Positions 37,527 through 46,073 of a stretch of 64,000 bases of DNA are shown piece by piece. The DNA comes from Chthonomonadaceae bacterium (GTDB lineage Bacteria > Armatimonadota > Chthonomonadetes > Chthonomonadales > Chthonomonadaceae). The notes beneath the pieces were generated by a model. The model worked only from the letters and a program-made list of their open reading frames with translations. It was not told the origin of the DNA and ran no database searches. A program made the translations under genes and the position numbers. Numbering within the stretch: the stretch's first letter is position 1; every line of letters begins with the position of its first letter. The stretch covers positions 1-64,000 of the forward strand of contig DASRGZ010000064.1 in the NCBI GenBank assembly GCA_035650735.1, written 5' to 3'.

Positions 37527-37751
37527 CCCGGCCTGCGGCCACCCACTGCAAGGGTCGGCGCTCAATGGACTGCAAGGGTCGGGCCTGCAATGGTTCGGCC
37601 CTCCGCCTTGCGACACCCCTCCGCCTCGCGATCCCCAACAACAGGAGAGGGGAGAGCAGAAGCCGGGTCACCCCCTTCCCTCGTAGGGTCGCTAGGCGGA
37701 GGAACGAGCGTGCGCAGTTCCGATCCTAGCAGTGGGGGACGGGGGGTTAGG
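37527..37751. repeat. REP-like cluster with 2.5 copies of the nested micro-element
   Basis: Copies at 37569-37611 (-), 37691-37733 (+), partial 37545-37568 (-). Confidence 0.75.
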
Positions 37752-37793
37752 TTTAAGAAGGGTCAGCAGGAACGCAATCGAAGGAGAGCGAGG

Positions 37794-38573
37794 GTGGCCA
37801 GGAAGAAAGATGCAGAGAAAGCGGCGGACGGCGCGACCATGACGCCCGACAAGGAAGAGGCCGAAAAGGAGAAGCGCGAGACGCACGCGCCCGAGGTGCA
37901 GGACCAAGCCGAGGCGGAGACGCGCGCCGAGTGGGCGGCGGAGGGCCTCTCCAAGTCCGAGCGGATCGCGGCGCTGGCGGAACGGGCTTCCCTCTGCGTG
38001 GCCTGCGGCCTGGCCAAGACCCGCACCCACGTCGTCTTTGGCGAGGGCAACCCGGAGGCGCCCCTGATGCTTATCGGCGAGGGACCGGGCCAGAACGAAG
38101 ACGCCACCGGACGGCCCTTCGTCGGGCGATCCGGCGTGCTGCTGGATCAGTGTTTACGCGAGAACGGCATTACCCGCAAGCATATCTACCTCACCAACGT
38201 CGTGCGCTGCCGGGCCTGCGTTTTGGAGGCGGGACGGCTGCAAAACCGCCCGCCGACGCCCGATGAGGCCCGCGCCTGTTCGCCCTGGCTGGAGCAGACC
38301 ATTGAGATCATCGAGCCGCTCGTCATTCTCTGTCTGGGCGGGCCGTCGGCCAGCGCCATCATTCACAAGAACTTTAAGATCACCTCGGAGCGCGGCCAGT
38401 GGTTTGAGTCCAAGTACGCCCGCTATGCCATGGCGACGCTGCACCCGGCCTATATCCTGCGGCTGCAGGGCGAAGCCTATGAGGCGGCCCGTCGCGCCCT
38501 GGTCGCCGACATCGCCGCCGCCCGCCAGAAGGTCATCGAGGCCAAGCGCGAACCCAAGCTCACCCTGTTCTAA
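37794..38573 (+). CDS. Uracil-DNA glycosylase family 4 (Fe-S)
   Basis: CVAC, GEGPG, GRPFVGRSG, NVVRC, NRPP, HPAY; GTG start after AAGGAG. Confidence 0.92.
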   Translation: MARKKDAEKAADGATMTPDKEEAEKEKRETHAPEVQDQAEAETRAEWAAEGLSKSERIAALAERASLCVACGLAKTRTHVVFGEGNPEAPLMLIGEGPGQNEDATGRPFVGRSGVLLDQCLRENGITRKHIYLTNVVRCRACVLEAGRLQNRPPTPDEARACSPWLEQTIEIIEPLVILCLGGPSASAIIHKNFKITSERGQWFESKYARYAMATLHPAYILRLQGEAYEAARRALVADIAAARQKVIEAKREPKLTLF

Positions 38574-38631
38574 ACCTCTGCTCTCCCCCCCGACCCTGCT
38601 TAGCCTAATCCCCGTTACCCAAACAAAAACA

Positions 38632-38845
38632 CCCCTCTCCCGCAGCGCGGGAGAGGGGAGAGGAGAAGCCTTGTTCTCCCCTCCTCCCCGGTCCTTCTCC
38701 CTGCTAGGGAGAAGGGGGAAGAGAAGCCGGATTCTCTCCTTCCCCATTGTCCTCCTCAATTCTAAAAGAGGGGAAAGCCGGGTCACCCCCTTCCCTTGTA
38801 GGGAAGGGGGACGGGGGGCTAGGTCAAGAAAGGCCGGGGTGAGGG
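38632..38845. repeat. REP-like palindrome cluster between convergent genes
   Basis: CCCCTCTCCC...GGGAGAGGGG; AAGCCGGGTCACCCCCTTCCC-ttgta-GGGAAGGGGG also at ~37660. Confidence 0.75.
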
Positions 38846-38846
38846 C

Positions 38847-39725
38847 TTACTGACCGTTGCCCTGCTTTTGGTTTATGGCTGCCTCCACCCGTTTGAGCAG
38901 CGCCTCCGCCTGCTCCTTATCCTCATTGGAGACGCCCGGCAGGTCAATCGTGGCCTTGAGTTCCGGGACGGCCTCTTCGAGTTTGTTCTGCGATAGGTAG
39001 CAGACGGCAATGCTCATATGCGCATAGGCGATATCGCTGGGCTTTTTGCCCGTCGTGGCGGCCTTGCGGAAGAGCGGGATAGCCTTATCGAAATCCCGAT
39101 TCTCCTGATAGTAGTCGCCGAGCGCGTTGTAGGCTTTAGTCAGGTAGTCGTTGCTGTTGTCCGAGTCGGTCTTTTCGGCCTGGGCGATGAGCTCAGAGGC
39201 CCGTTCGGCCTTGCCGCGCCCCGCATAGATCGCCGCCAGCTTTCCGGCAGCCTCCGCGTCCTGCGGGTTCTTCTTCAGGCGCTCTTCCAGCAGCGGAGCC
39301 TCTTTGTGCCCCTGCGCGATGGATTTAAGCTGTTCGGAGAAGCCGGCGGGCGGCATATAGCCCCCGATCTTGCCTTCCACTTCGCCCGCGTCGTTGATGA
39401 ACAGGATAGTCGGGAAGCCATCAACCTTGTACTTTTTGGCGACGGCTACGCCCTCTTTTTCGGCGTTGATTTTGACCGGAACAAACTGTTCCGTCAACTG
39501 GATCACCTGCGCGTTCGTGTAGGTGTCTTTATCCAGTTTCTTGCACCAGCCTCACCAATCGGTGTAGAAGTCGGCCATAACCAGCTTGTGGCTCAGTTTG
39601 GCCTGCGCCATTGCCGTGGAAAAAGACTTCGCCCAGGCGATTTTACTGCCTGCCGCCTGAGCTGCGCTTACGCTCCACAGCAGGCAAAAGCCTACGGCAA
39701 CGGCACGCCATGCATTGGCTCGCAT
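38847..39725 (-). CDS. Secreted thioredoxin-fold + TPR protein, probable selenoprotein (Sec58, WUGWC)
   Basis: AAGGAG RBS, ATG 39725, signal peptide, ADFYTDW-TGA(39552-39554)-GWCKKLD in frame with the ORF ending 38847; cis-Pro loop GFPT; TPR helices. Confidence 0.85.
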
Positions 39726-39755
39726 CGGCTTGCTCTCCTTTCTGCGGGAAGGAAA

Positions 39756-40628
39756 TCAGCGGCCCCCATGCTTGCGCAGCTTGAGCTGCTGCTGCACCTG
39801 AAGCAATGTCTGCCGGGCCTGCTGCTTGAACTCCTCGGAGACGCCCGGAATTTTGAGGGTCGCCTGCAAGTCAGGCACCGCCGCGGCAAGCCGGTTCTGC
39901 ATCAGGTTGCAGATCGCGGCGCTCAGACGGGCCTGGGCGACCTCATTGGGTTGTTTGCCGTTTACGGCGGCCCTTCGGAAGAAGGGAACCGCCCGGATCA
40001 GTTGATGCTGCTGGGCCAGGGTAGCGCCGGCCTGCATATAGGCGATATGCAATTGCTCCCGCTTGCTCTTCGGGGCATACTTTTCCGCCTGGGCCAGCGT
40101 TGTCGCCGCGCTGGCGGCATTGCCCCGCTGGGAATAGATGGATGCCAGGCGCATTGCCAGGGAAATATCGCTGGGATGGGCCTTATAGCGGGCCTGTAGG
40201 CGCGGGAAATCGCGATGTGCCTGCATGATCTCTGTCAACCGCTGCGAGAACGCCTCCGGCGGCAGGTATCCCCCGATACGCCCCTCCACTTCTCCCGAAG
40301 TGTTGAGAAATAGGATCGCCGGCAGGCCACCAATCTGATATTTCCGAGCAGCAGCCATGCCCTCACGCTCGGCATTGAGTTTCACCGGGACAAACTGCCC
40401 CGCCAACTGGATGACGCGCGGGTTCGTATAGGTTTCGCGCTCCAGCCGCTTGCAGAAGCCTCACCAATCGGCGTAAAAGTCGAGCATAATCAGCTTGTGG
40501 GACTGTTTCGCCTGGGTCATGGCCGCCGACAATGAGTTCGTCCAGGGTATCCCAGCGGCCTGGGCCGCGCCGGCTGCCCAGAGCAGGCCCAGGCCGGCCA
40601 CGACGCCGCGCAGAGCGTTGACTCGCAT
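39756..40628 (-). CDS. Secreted thioredoxin-fold + TPR protein, probable selenoprotein (Sec56, WUGFC)
   Basis: AAGGA RBS, ATG 40628, signal peptide, LDFYADW-TGA(40461-40463)-GFCKRLE in frame with the ORF ending 39756; paralog of the adjacent gene. Confidence 0.85.
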
Positions 40629-40863
40629 CCGTCAATTTCCTTTCTCGGTTCTCTCCAGGCGGCAAGCCGTTGTGCCTGGACTTGCCGCGCCCTGTCTCTT
40701 TCAACAGGCGATAAAAAGAGCTAATTGCACTATAGCACATTCAAGCCGAACATGCAATGGCGAGTTTCCCTCTGGACCTCTCAATGCGTTCCCTCCGGCG
40801 CTTTCGACGGCCCGCACACCAGAAAAATCCGGCCCTTGTCGCCATTATGAGCGTCGAATCCCC

Positions 40864-40922
40864 TTGACGCCTCCGGGCCGCTATGGTAATATCTCTCCTG
40901 GTAAATGTAACAGACGTTACAT
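40864..40922 (+). promoter_or_regulatory. Sigma70-like promoter and palindromic operator upstream of chrB-like genes
   Basis: TTGACG-17-TAATAT; ATGTAAC-agac-GTTACAT at 40905-40922. Confidence 0.55.
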
Positions 40923-40950
40923 CCTTTGCTGGATTGCCGGGTTACTGCTC

Positions 40951-41463
40951 ATGGCCGATCTGCCCAACGACTGGACGCTGCTCGTCTACAAAATTCCAGC
41001 GCATCCCACGCGCCTGCGCCTGCAAATCTGGCGCAAACTCCAGCGCATGGGCGCGCTCTACCTTCAGAACGCGGTCTGTCTGCTGCCCGCGCGGCCTGAT
41101 CTCGTCGAGAACATGCACTATATGGCGGCGGCTATCGAGGAGATGGGCGGGACCTGCCATCTCTTTGCGGCGTCGGCGCTGCTGCCGGGAGAGGCCCAAC
41201 GGCTGGCGCAGGAGTTCCGCGCCCTGGCCGACAGCAATCTGGAAGAGATTATCGGGCGATTGGAGAAGATAGGGGCCGAGTTGGAGGCGGCGGCAAGCCC
41301 GGCGGCGCTGGAGCGTGCGGAAGAGGAACTGAAGCGGGAACGCATTGCCTATCTGCGGGCGCGGCGGCTGGCCTATTTCGGCAGCACGCGGGAAGCTGAG
41401 GTGGATGCGCGGCTGGAAGCCCTCAAGCGCGCCCTGGACGAACACTATCGCACCGAGAAATAG
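40951..41463 (+). CDS. Chromate-resistance ChrB N-terminal-like DNA-binding domain protein
   Basis: WTLLVYKIP..PTRLRLQIWRKLQRMGALYLQNAVCLLP, DYF-like AYF near the C-terminus. Confidence 0.75.
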   Translation: MADLPNDWTLLVYKIPAHPTRLRLQIWRKLQRMGALYLQNAVCLLPARPDLVENMHYMAAAIEEMGGTCHLFAASALLPGEAQRLAQEFRALADSNLEEIIGRLEKIGAELEAAASPAALERAEEELKRERIAYLRARRLAYFGSTREAEVDARLEALKRALDEHYRTEK

Positions 41464-41547
41464 ATTTCCATTCGCGGGATCTCTTCTCGTTCTCGCGCTG
41501 CCATGAGCTAGCCGGAGGATAACAGTTTCACCGGACTTGACATAAAT

Positions 41548-41970
41548 ATGCGCTACTGCACGCGAAAGAACGTACACGTGGACCGCTGCGCGTCGGCGTG
41601 GCTCATCAAGCGGTTCATAGACCCGCAAGCCGAGTTCGTTTTTGTTGAGGGGCAGACGCCCGCGCCGGACGCCATTCCTTTCGATATGCACGGCGTAGTC
41701 TGGGGCCACCATGAGGGCCAGTGTACCTTTGAGGTCATCGCCGCGCTCCATCAGATTACAGACCCGGCCATCCAGCAGATCGGACGTATCATTCACGGCG
41801 CCGACATCACTGCCGACGCCGACGAGACGCTGGAAAGTCCGGGCATGGACCTGCTGTTTCGCGGCCTGCGCCTGATCTCGGAGAGCGACGCGCAAACCCT
41901 GGAACGCGGCTATGTTGTGATGGACGCGCTCTACGCTGCGCTCAAGGACGCAGGGACACTGTCAAAATGA
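41548..41970 (+). CDS. Chromate-resistance ChrB C-terminal domain protein
   Basis: TRKNVHVDRCASAWLIKRFIDPQAEF, PFDM, HHEGQCTFE, IIHGADI. Confidence 0.85.
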   Translation: MRYCTRKNVHVDRCASAWLIKRFIDPQAEFVFVEGQTPAPDAIPFDMHGVVWGHHEGQCTFEVIAALHQITDPAIQQIGRIIHGADITADADETLESPGMDLLFRGLRLISESDAQTLERGYVVMDALYAALKDAGTLSK

Positions 41971-42088
41971 GCGCGCCGGGGCGGGCGTTGGTCACAGCCT
42001 GCGTCTGCTTGATCCTAAACGGCTCTACTGCTTTGCGTGTGGTGGCATCTAAAGGTGGACATTGCATCGGGAGGTTAGAAGCGTTGCC

Positions 42089-43087
42089 ATGAAACGACGC
42101 CTTGCTTTCTCTCTGGCCGTGCTTGCCGTGTGTCTTCTCTCCACGGCAGCCTGGTGCGCCCCGCCGCCGCTCCGCCTGGTGCAGCGGATACCGCTGCCCG
42201 GCGTGGAGGGACGGATCGATCACATGGCGGCAGATGCGGCCCGGCAGCGGCTTTTTGTCGCCGCCCTGGGAAACGATACGCTGGAGGTGATTGACCTGCG
42301 CGCGGGCAGACGCCTCCGTACTCTCGCCGGGCTGAAGGAGCCGCAGGGCATCGCCTTCGTCCCGGAGACCAATCGGCTTTTTGTCGCCAATGGCAGGGAC
42401 GGCACGTGCGCGATTTTTCATGGCGACACCTTCGACTTGCTGCATACGGCAAAGTTCTCCAGCGACGCCGACAACGTCCGCTATGATGCCGCTGCCAGGC
42501 GCATCTATGTCGGCTATGGGGAAGGCGCGCTCGGCATCCTGGATGCCGTGAACGGCAGGCATCTCGGCGATATTCGGCTGGGGGGCCATCCGGAGTCGTT
42601 TCGATTGGAAACCTCCGGGCCGCGCATTTTCGTCAATGTCCCCACGACGGGCCGGGTCGCCGTGGTGAATCGAGCCACCGGCGCTGCGGTCGCCTTCTGG
42701 AGCCTGGCGGGCGCGCGCTCTAACTTCCCGATGGCCCTGGATGAGGCCAATCACCGCCTGTTTGTCGGCTGCCGGAACCCCGCGAAAGTGCTTGTCTACA
42801 ATACACAGACGGGGCAGGTGGTCGCCACGCTGGACATCGGCGGCGACACCGATGACCTCTTTTATGACGCCGTCCGCAAACGCCTCTATGTCTCTTGCGG
42901 CGCAGGCTTTCTGGATGTGTTCGCGCAGCGCAGCGCCAACCAGTATGAATCGCTGGCCATCATTCGCACGGCGATAGGCGCGCGCACCTCGCTGTTTGTG
43001 CCGGAGCTGGGGCGGCTCTATCTGGCCGTGCCGCATCGGGGCCGATTGCAGCAGGCGGAGATACGTGTCTATGCCGCGCAGCCGTGA
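42089..43087 (+). CDS. Secreted YncE/YVTN-like beta-propeller protein
   Basis: Signal peptide; GRIDHMAAD, DADNVRYD, NFPMALD, DTDDLFYD blades. Confidence 0.85.
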   Translation: MKRRLAFSLAVLAVCLLSTAAWCAPPPLRLVQRIPLPGVEGRIDHMAADAARQRLFVAALGNDTLEVIDLRAGRRLRTLAGLKEPQGIAFVPETNRLFVANGRDGTCAIFHGDTFDLLHTAKFSSDADNVRYDAAARRIYVGYGEGALGILDAVNGRHLGDIRLGGHPESFRLETSGPRIFVNVPTTGRVAVVNRATGAAVAFWSLAGARSNFPMALDEANHRLFVGCRNPAKVLVYNTQTGQVVATLDIGGDTDDLFYDAVRKRLYVSCGAGFLDVFAQRSANQYESLAIIRTAIGARTSLFVPELGRLYLAVPHRGRLQQAEIRVYAAQP

Positions 43088-43128
43088 AGCGCACGGCTTA
43101 TGATATTGCGGATAGGAGAGGAAGGGAT

Positions 43129-44103
43129 ATGGAACGCAGAAGTCTGGTTGTCTCTGTAGCGGTGTGGGTCACACTGATACTGACAGGTCTGGTTGCGCCC
43201 GTGCAGGCGCAGGAGAACATGCCGGGTGAGTACCAGGCAGTGCTCAGCTATCTGGATAAGAAGGGCGATTACAGAGCCAACGTTCTCAAGGTCAACATTC
43301 CCCGCAACGATTTGAAGGTCACGGTAGATGGCGTGGAGACGCCGACCCCGTTCGGCTTTGGCGGCTGGGTGGCGATGACGCACGGCAGCGGCGGCAACGA
43401 TGTCATGATGGGGGATCTGGTGCTGCTGCAAGACGAGGTCAACCCGGTGATGTCGGCGCTGCTGGACAACGGCCTGGAAGTCACGGCGCTGCATAACCAC
43501 TTCTTCTGGGAGGAGCCGCGCCTCTTCTATATGCACGTTCATGGCATGGGCAGGCCGGAAGACCTGGCGCGCAAAGTCAAGCCCGCGCTCGATCTGATCG
43601 GCCATGTGCCGTCGCGTTCGGCGATGTGGAGTGACAGGAACCGGACAATCGCGGTAACGGCTCCTGGAGGCGTCCGTGCGGCTCAAGGCCAACTTAATAC
43701 CGCCCTGCTGGCCCAGATCATCGGGCATGAGGGCGAGCAGACCGGCTCCGTCTACAAGATCACCATTGGCCGGGACGACCTCAAGCTTCGGGAGATGGGC
43801 GCGACGATCAACGCGCGCATGGGGCTCAATACCTGGGCGGCCTTCGTCGGCACGAATGAGAACGCCGCCATCGCGGGCGACATAGCGATGCTGGGCCATG
43901 AGGTGCAGCCGGTCTTGCGGGCTTTGCGCGCCAACGGCCTGGAAGTGGTCGCCATCCATCAGCACATGATAGATACCCGGCCCACGATCTACTTCCTGCA
44001 CTACTGGGGCAAGGGTCCGGCGGAGAGGCTGGCGACCGGCTTCAAAACGGCCCTCGACCAGTTGGGCAAAGGCGGCAAGATGAGCCTGCACAGGGGGCAT
44101 TGA
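43129..44103 (+). CDS. Secreted DUF1259 (LppY/LpqO)-like double-domain protein
   Basis: GDLVLLQDEVNPV...TALHNHF...YMH and GDIAML..EV...VAIHQHM...FLHYWG. Confidence 0.85.
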   Translation: MERRSLVVSVAVWVTLILTGLVAPVQAQENMPGEYQAVLSYLDKKGDYRANVLKVNIPRNDLKVTVDGVETPTPFGFGGWVAMTHGSGGNDVMMGDLVLLQDEVNPVMSALLDNGLEVTALHNHFFWEEPRLFYMHVHGMGRPEDLARKVKPALDLIGHVPSRSAMWSDRNRTIAVTAPGGVRAAQGQLNTALLAQIIGHEGEQTGSVYKITIGRDDLKLREMGATINARMGLNTWAAFVGTNENAAIAGDIAMLGHEVQPVLRALRANGLEVVAIHQHMIDTRPTIYFLHYWGKGPAERLATGFKTALDQLGKGGKMSLHRGH

Positions 44104-44147
44104 GGCTGTTTGTCTCCTGCGAGGTGCTGCCCCGCGCTGGAGGCATA

Positions 44148-45122
44148 TTAGCGCGTTCCGACGCGCTGCCAGCCGCGACCGGGATACGGCAGCGGAACGG
44201 CCTCGTAGCGGGCGCGGCGTCGGGCGAACTCCTCGTAGGTGTGGACCGACTCCGGATGCGCTCTGCTGCGCACGATGAAATCGCCCTCCGGCGGGTAGCA
44301 GGCGATCTCCGTCTCCGGGGCTTCCGGGTTGAATTCCTCCGGCTCCTGGAAGGCGTTGGTCGGCACGTCCCGGCCCTGATACCTGAGGTCAATGCTCCAG
44401 CGGATCACGTCGGTTGTGTTGGGCGTGGAGCAATGCGGGGTCAGGTTGGTCATCAGCAGCGCACCGCCCAGGGGAACCGGCACGGTCACGGCTTTGTCGG
44501 GCGGCAAGGGCAGGTCGTCGTCCTCGATGACCAGGTAGCCGGCGTGCCCGCCCGTGTGGTGCCGATAGACGCCCTCACGATGGACGCGCGGCAGCACTTG
44601 CAGGCAGCCATTCTCCGGCGTGGCCTCCACCAGCGGCAGCCAGACGGTGACGATCAGGTTCCGGTCGCAGTGCGCCGCGAAGTAGCCCGAATCCTGATGC
44701 CAGGGGACAATGCCGCGCGTATATCCGGGGACTTTGGGGCGGATACGGTAGACGCTGGAGCCGACGATCTCCGGCCCGATCAGGCTCTCCATGGCGTCGA
44801 GCAGGCGGGGATGGGTGATGGCGCGGAACATCTCAATGCCCGCGTGCCCGCCGCCCGCCCGGCCCTCGATGGCGCGGATGTACTCGTCGGTCAATTCCGG
44901 GTGGTCGTCCATCAGGCGAGTCAGGCGCGTCTCGAACCCTTCCTCCGCATGGAGATCCGTAATTTTGCCCTCCGCCGCCAGCCGCCGCGCGGTCGCGTCT
45001 ATGATGCCGGCGATCTCCTGCCGCAGCGGCTCCAGCTCGCCTGGCGCGAACAGGCCCGACACCATCACATACCCTTCTTCAAAGAACTGCCCCACCTGGG
45101 CTTGCGTCAATCCCGTTTCCAT
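44148..45122 (-). CDS. Phytanoyl-CoA dioxygenase (PhyH) family Fe/2OG enzyme
   Basis: PWHQD, TVWLPL, NGCLQVLP, TPHCS, RWSIDLRY. Confidence 0.9.
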   Translation of the reverse strand: METGLTQAQVGQFFEEGYVMVSGLFAPGELEPLRQEIAGIIDATARRLAAEGKITDLHAEEGFETRLTRLMDDHPELTDEYIRAIEGRAGGGHAGIEMFRAITHPRLLDAMESLIGPEIVGSSVYRIRPKVPGYTRGIVPWHQDSGYFAAHCDRNLIVTVWLPLVEATPENGCLQVLPRVHREGVYRHHTGGHAGYLVIEDDDLPLPPDKAVTVPVPLGGALLMTNLTPHCSTPNTTDVIRWSIDLRYQGRDVPTNAFQEPEEFNPEAPETEIACYPPEGDFIVRSRAHPESVHTYEEFARRRARYEAVPLPYPGRGWQRVGTR

Positions 45123-45175
45123 CGGCCTGTCAATCCTCTCCCCTTCCGTTCTGGAATTTGCTGTGCGGCGCGCTC

Positions 45176-45985
45176 CTAAGCGGGCGGACGGTTAGGCGGA
45201 ATAGGCTGCAAAATCCTTCTCCGCTCCGGCGTCAACCGTTCCAGCAGCGCCTGCGAATACTCGTAGCCATAGCGCGTCGCGGCCCAGCTCACCCCGTAAC
45301 GGTAGATGGTGATGCGCCGCTCGCCGGGATTCGTGCGGCTGCTCCCGCCGTGCATCAGCCCATCCACAAACAAGAGCGCGTCGCCTTTCTTCATGTAGAC
45401 CGGAACCGCGCCGATCAGATCGTCCATGCGGTCGCCGCGCGCGTAGTCGCCCGCCAGCGGGTGCGGGAAGTTGGATTTATGGCTGCCCGGAATGACCATT
45501 GTTGGGCCGTCCCCAGGGCCAATATCTGTGAGCGCGAGAATGATATTGCACTGCCCGCAGCGAAACACGCCATGCTTGTAGTTGTAAGCGCCGCGCAGCG
45601 CTCCCTGGAAGCCGCCAGAATGGACCGGATGGTGGCCGCCCGATTCCCGGATGGAGGCGATGCACTCGTCAATGAACAGCCCCTCCACATAGGATCGCTC
45701 TTCACCGCAGTAGTGGCGGACGTAGTTGATCCAGCCGGGGTGGTCAATCAGCCGCTCGAACGGCTCGCCGGCCTCCACGCAGTTGTGCAGCTCGAACCCC
45801 GTGTCGCTGGTGTAGTCGCGCCGCTGCGCGTTGCCCCACCACTCGCCCGGCTTCAGCGGCGGGAAGTTATCGAAAGCCTGATTGAGGTCGTCCAACAGTT
45901 CCGGCTCGACGGCGTTCTCCAGAATCAAGTAGCCGCGTAGGTCAAAGAGAAAGTCGTCCAGCGGCGTCGGTTTTCTCGGCTCCAT
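45176..45985 (-). CDS. PhyH family Fe/2OG enzyme with HxG motif
   Basis: FDLRGYLI, VHSGG, ALTDI, VIPGSHK, GDALLF, LMHG. Confidence 0.85.
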   Translation of the reverse strand: MEPRKPTPLDDFLFDLRGYLILENAVEPELLDDLNQAFDNFPPLKPGEWWGNAQRRDYTSDTGFELHNCVEAGEPFERLIDHPGWINYVRHYCGEERSYVEGLFIDECIASIRESGGHHPVHSGGFQGALRGAYNYKHGVFRCGQCNIILALTDIGPGDGPTMVIPGSHKSNFPHPLAGDYARGDRMDDLIGAVPVYMKKGDALLFVDGLMHGGSSRTNPGERRITIYRYGVSWAATRYGYEYSQALLERLTPERRRILQPIPPNRPPA

Positions 45986-46073
45986 CGCTTCTCCTCAAAA
46001 ATCCAGATTACTCGCTTCTGTCTGCACCCGTGCATCAGCCTTAAGACTTCTGCCCTTCGGTGTTTTTGCCCCC

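Noticed and set aside
38847..40628. Treating the two Trx-TPR genes as nonsense pseudogenes
   Set aside because: The same TGA sits at the catalytic Cys position in two diverged paralogs with otherwise intact frames
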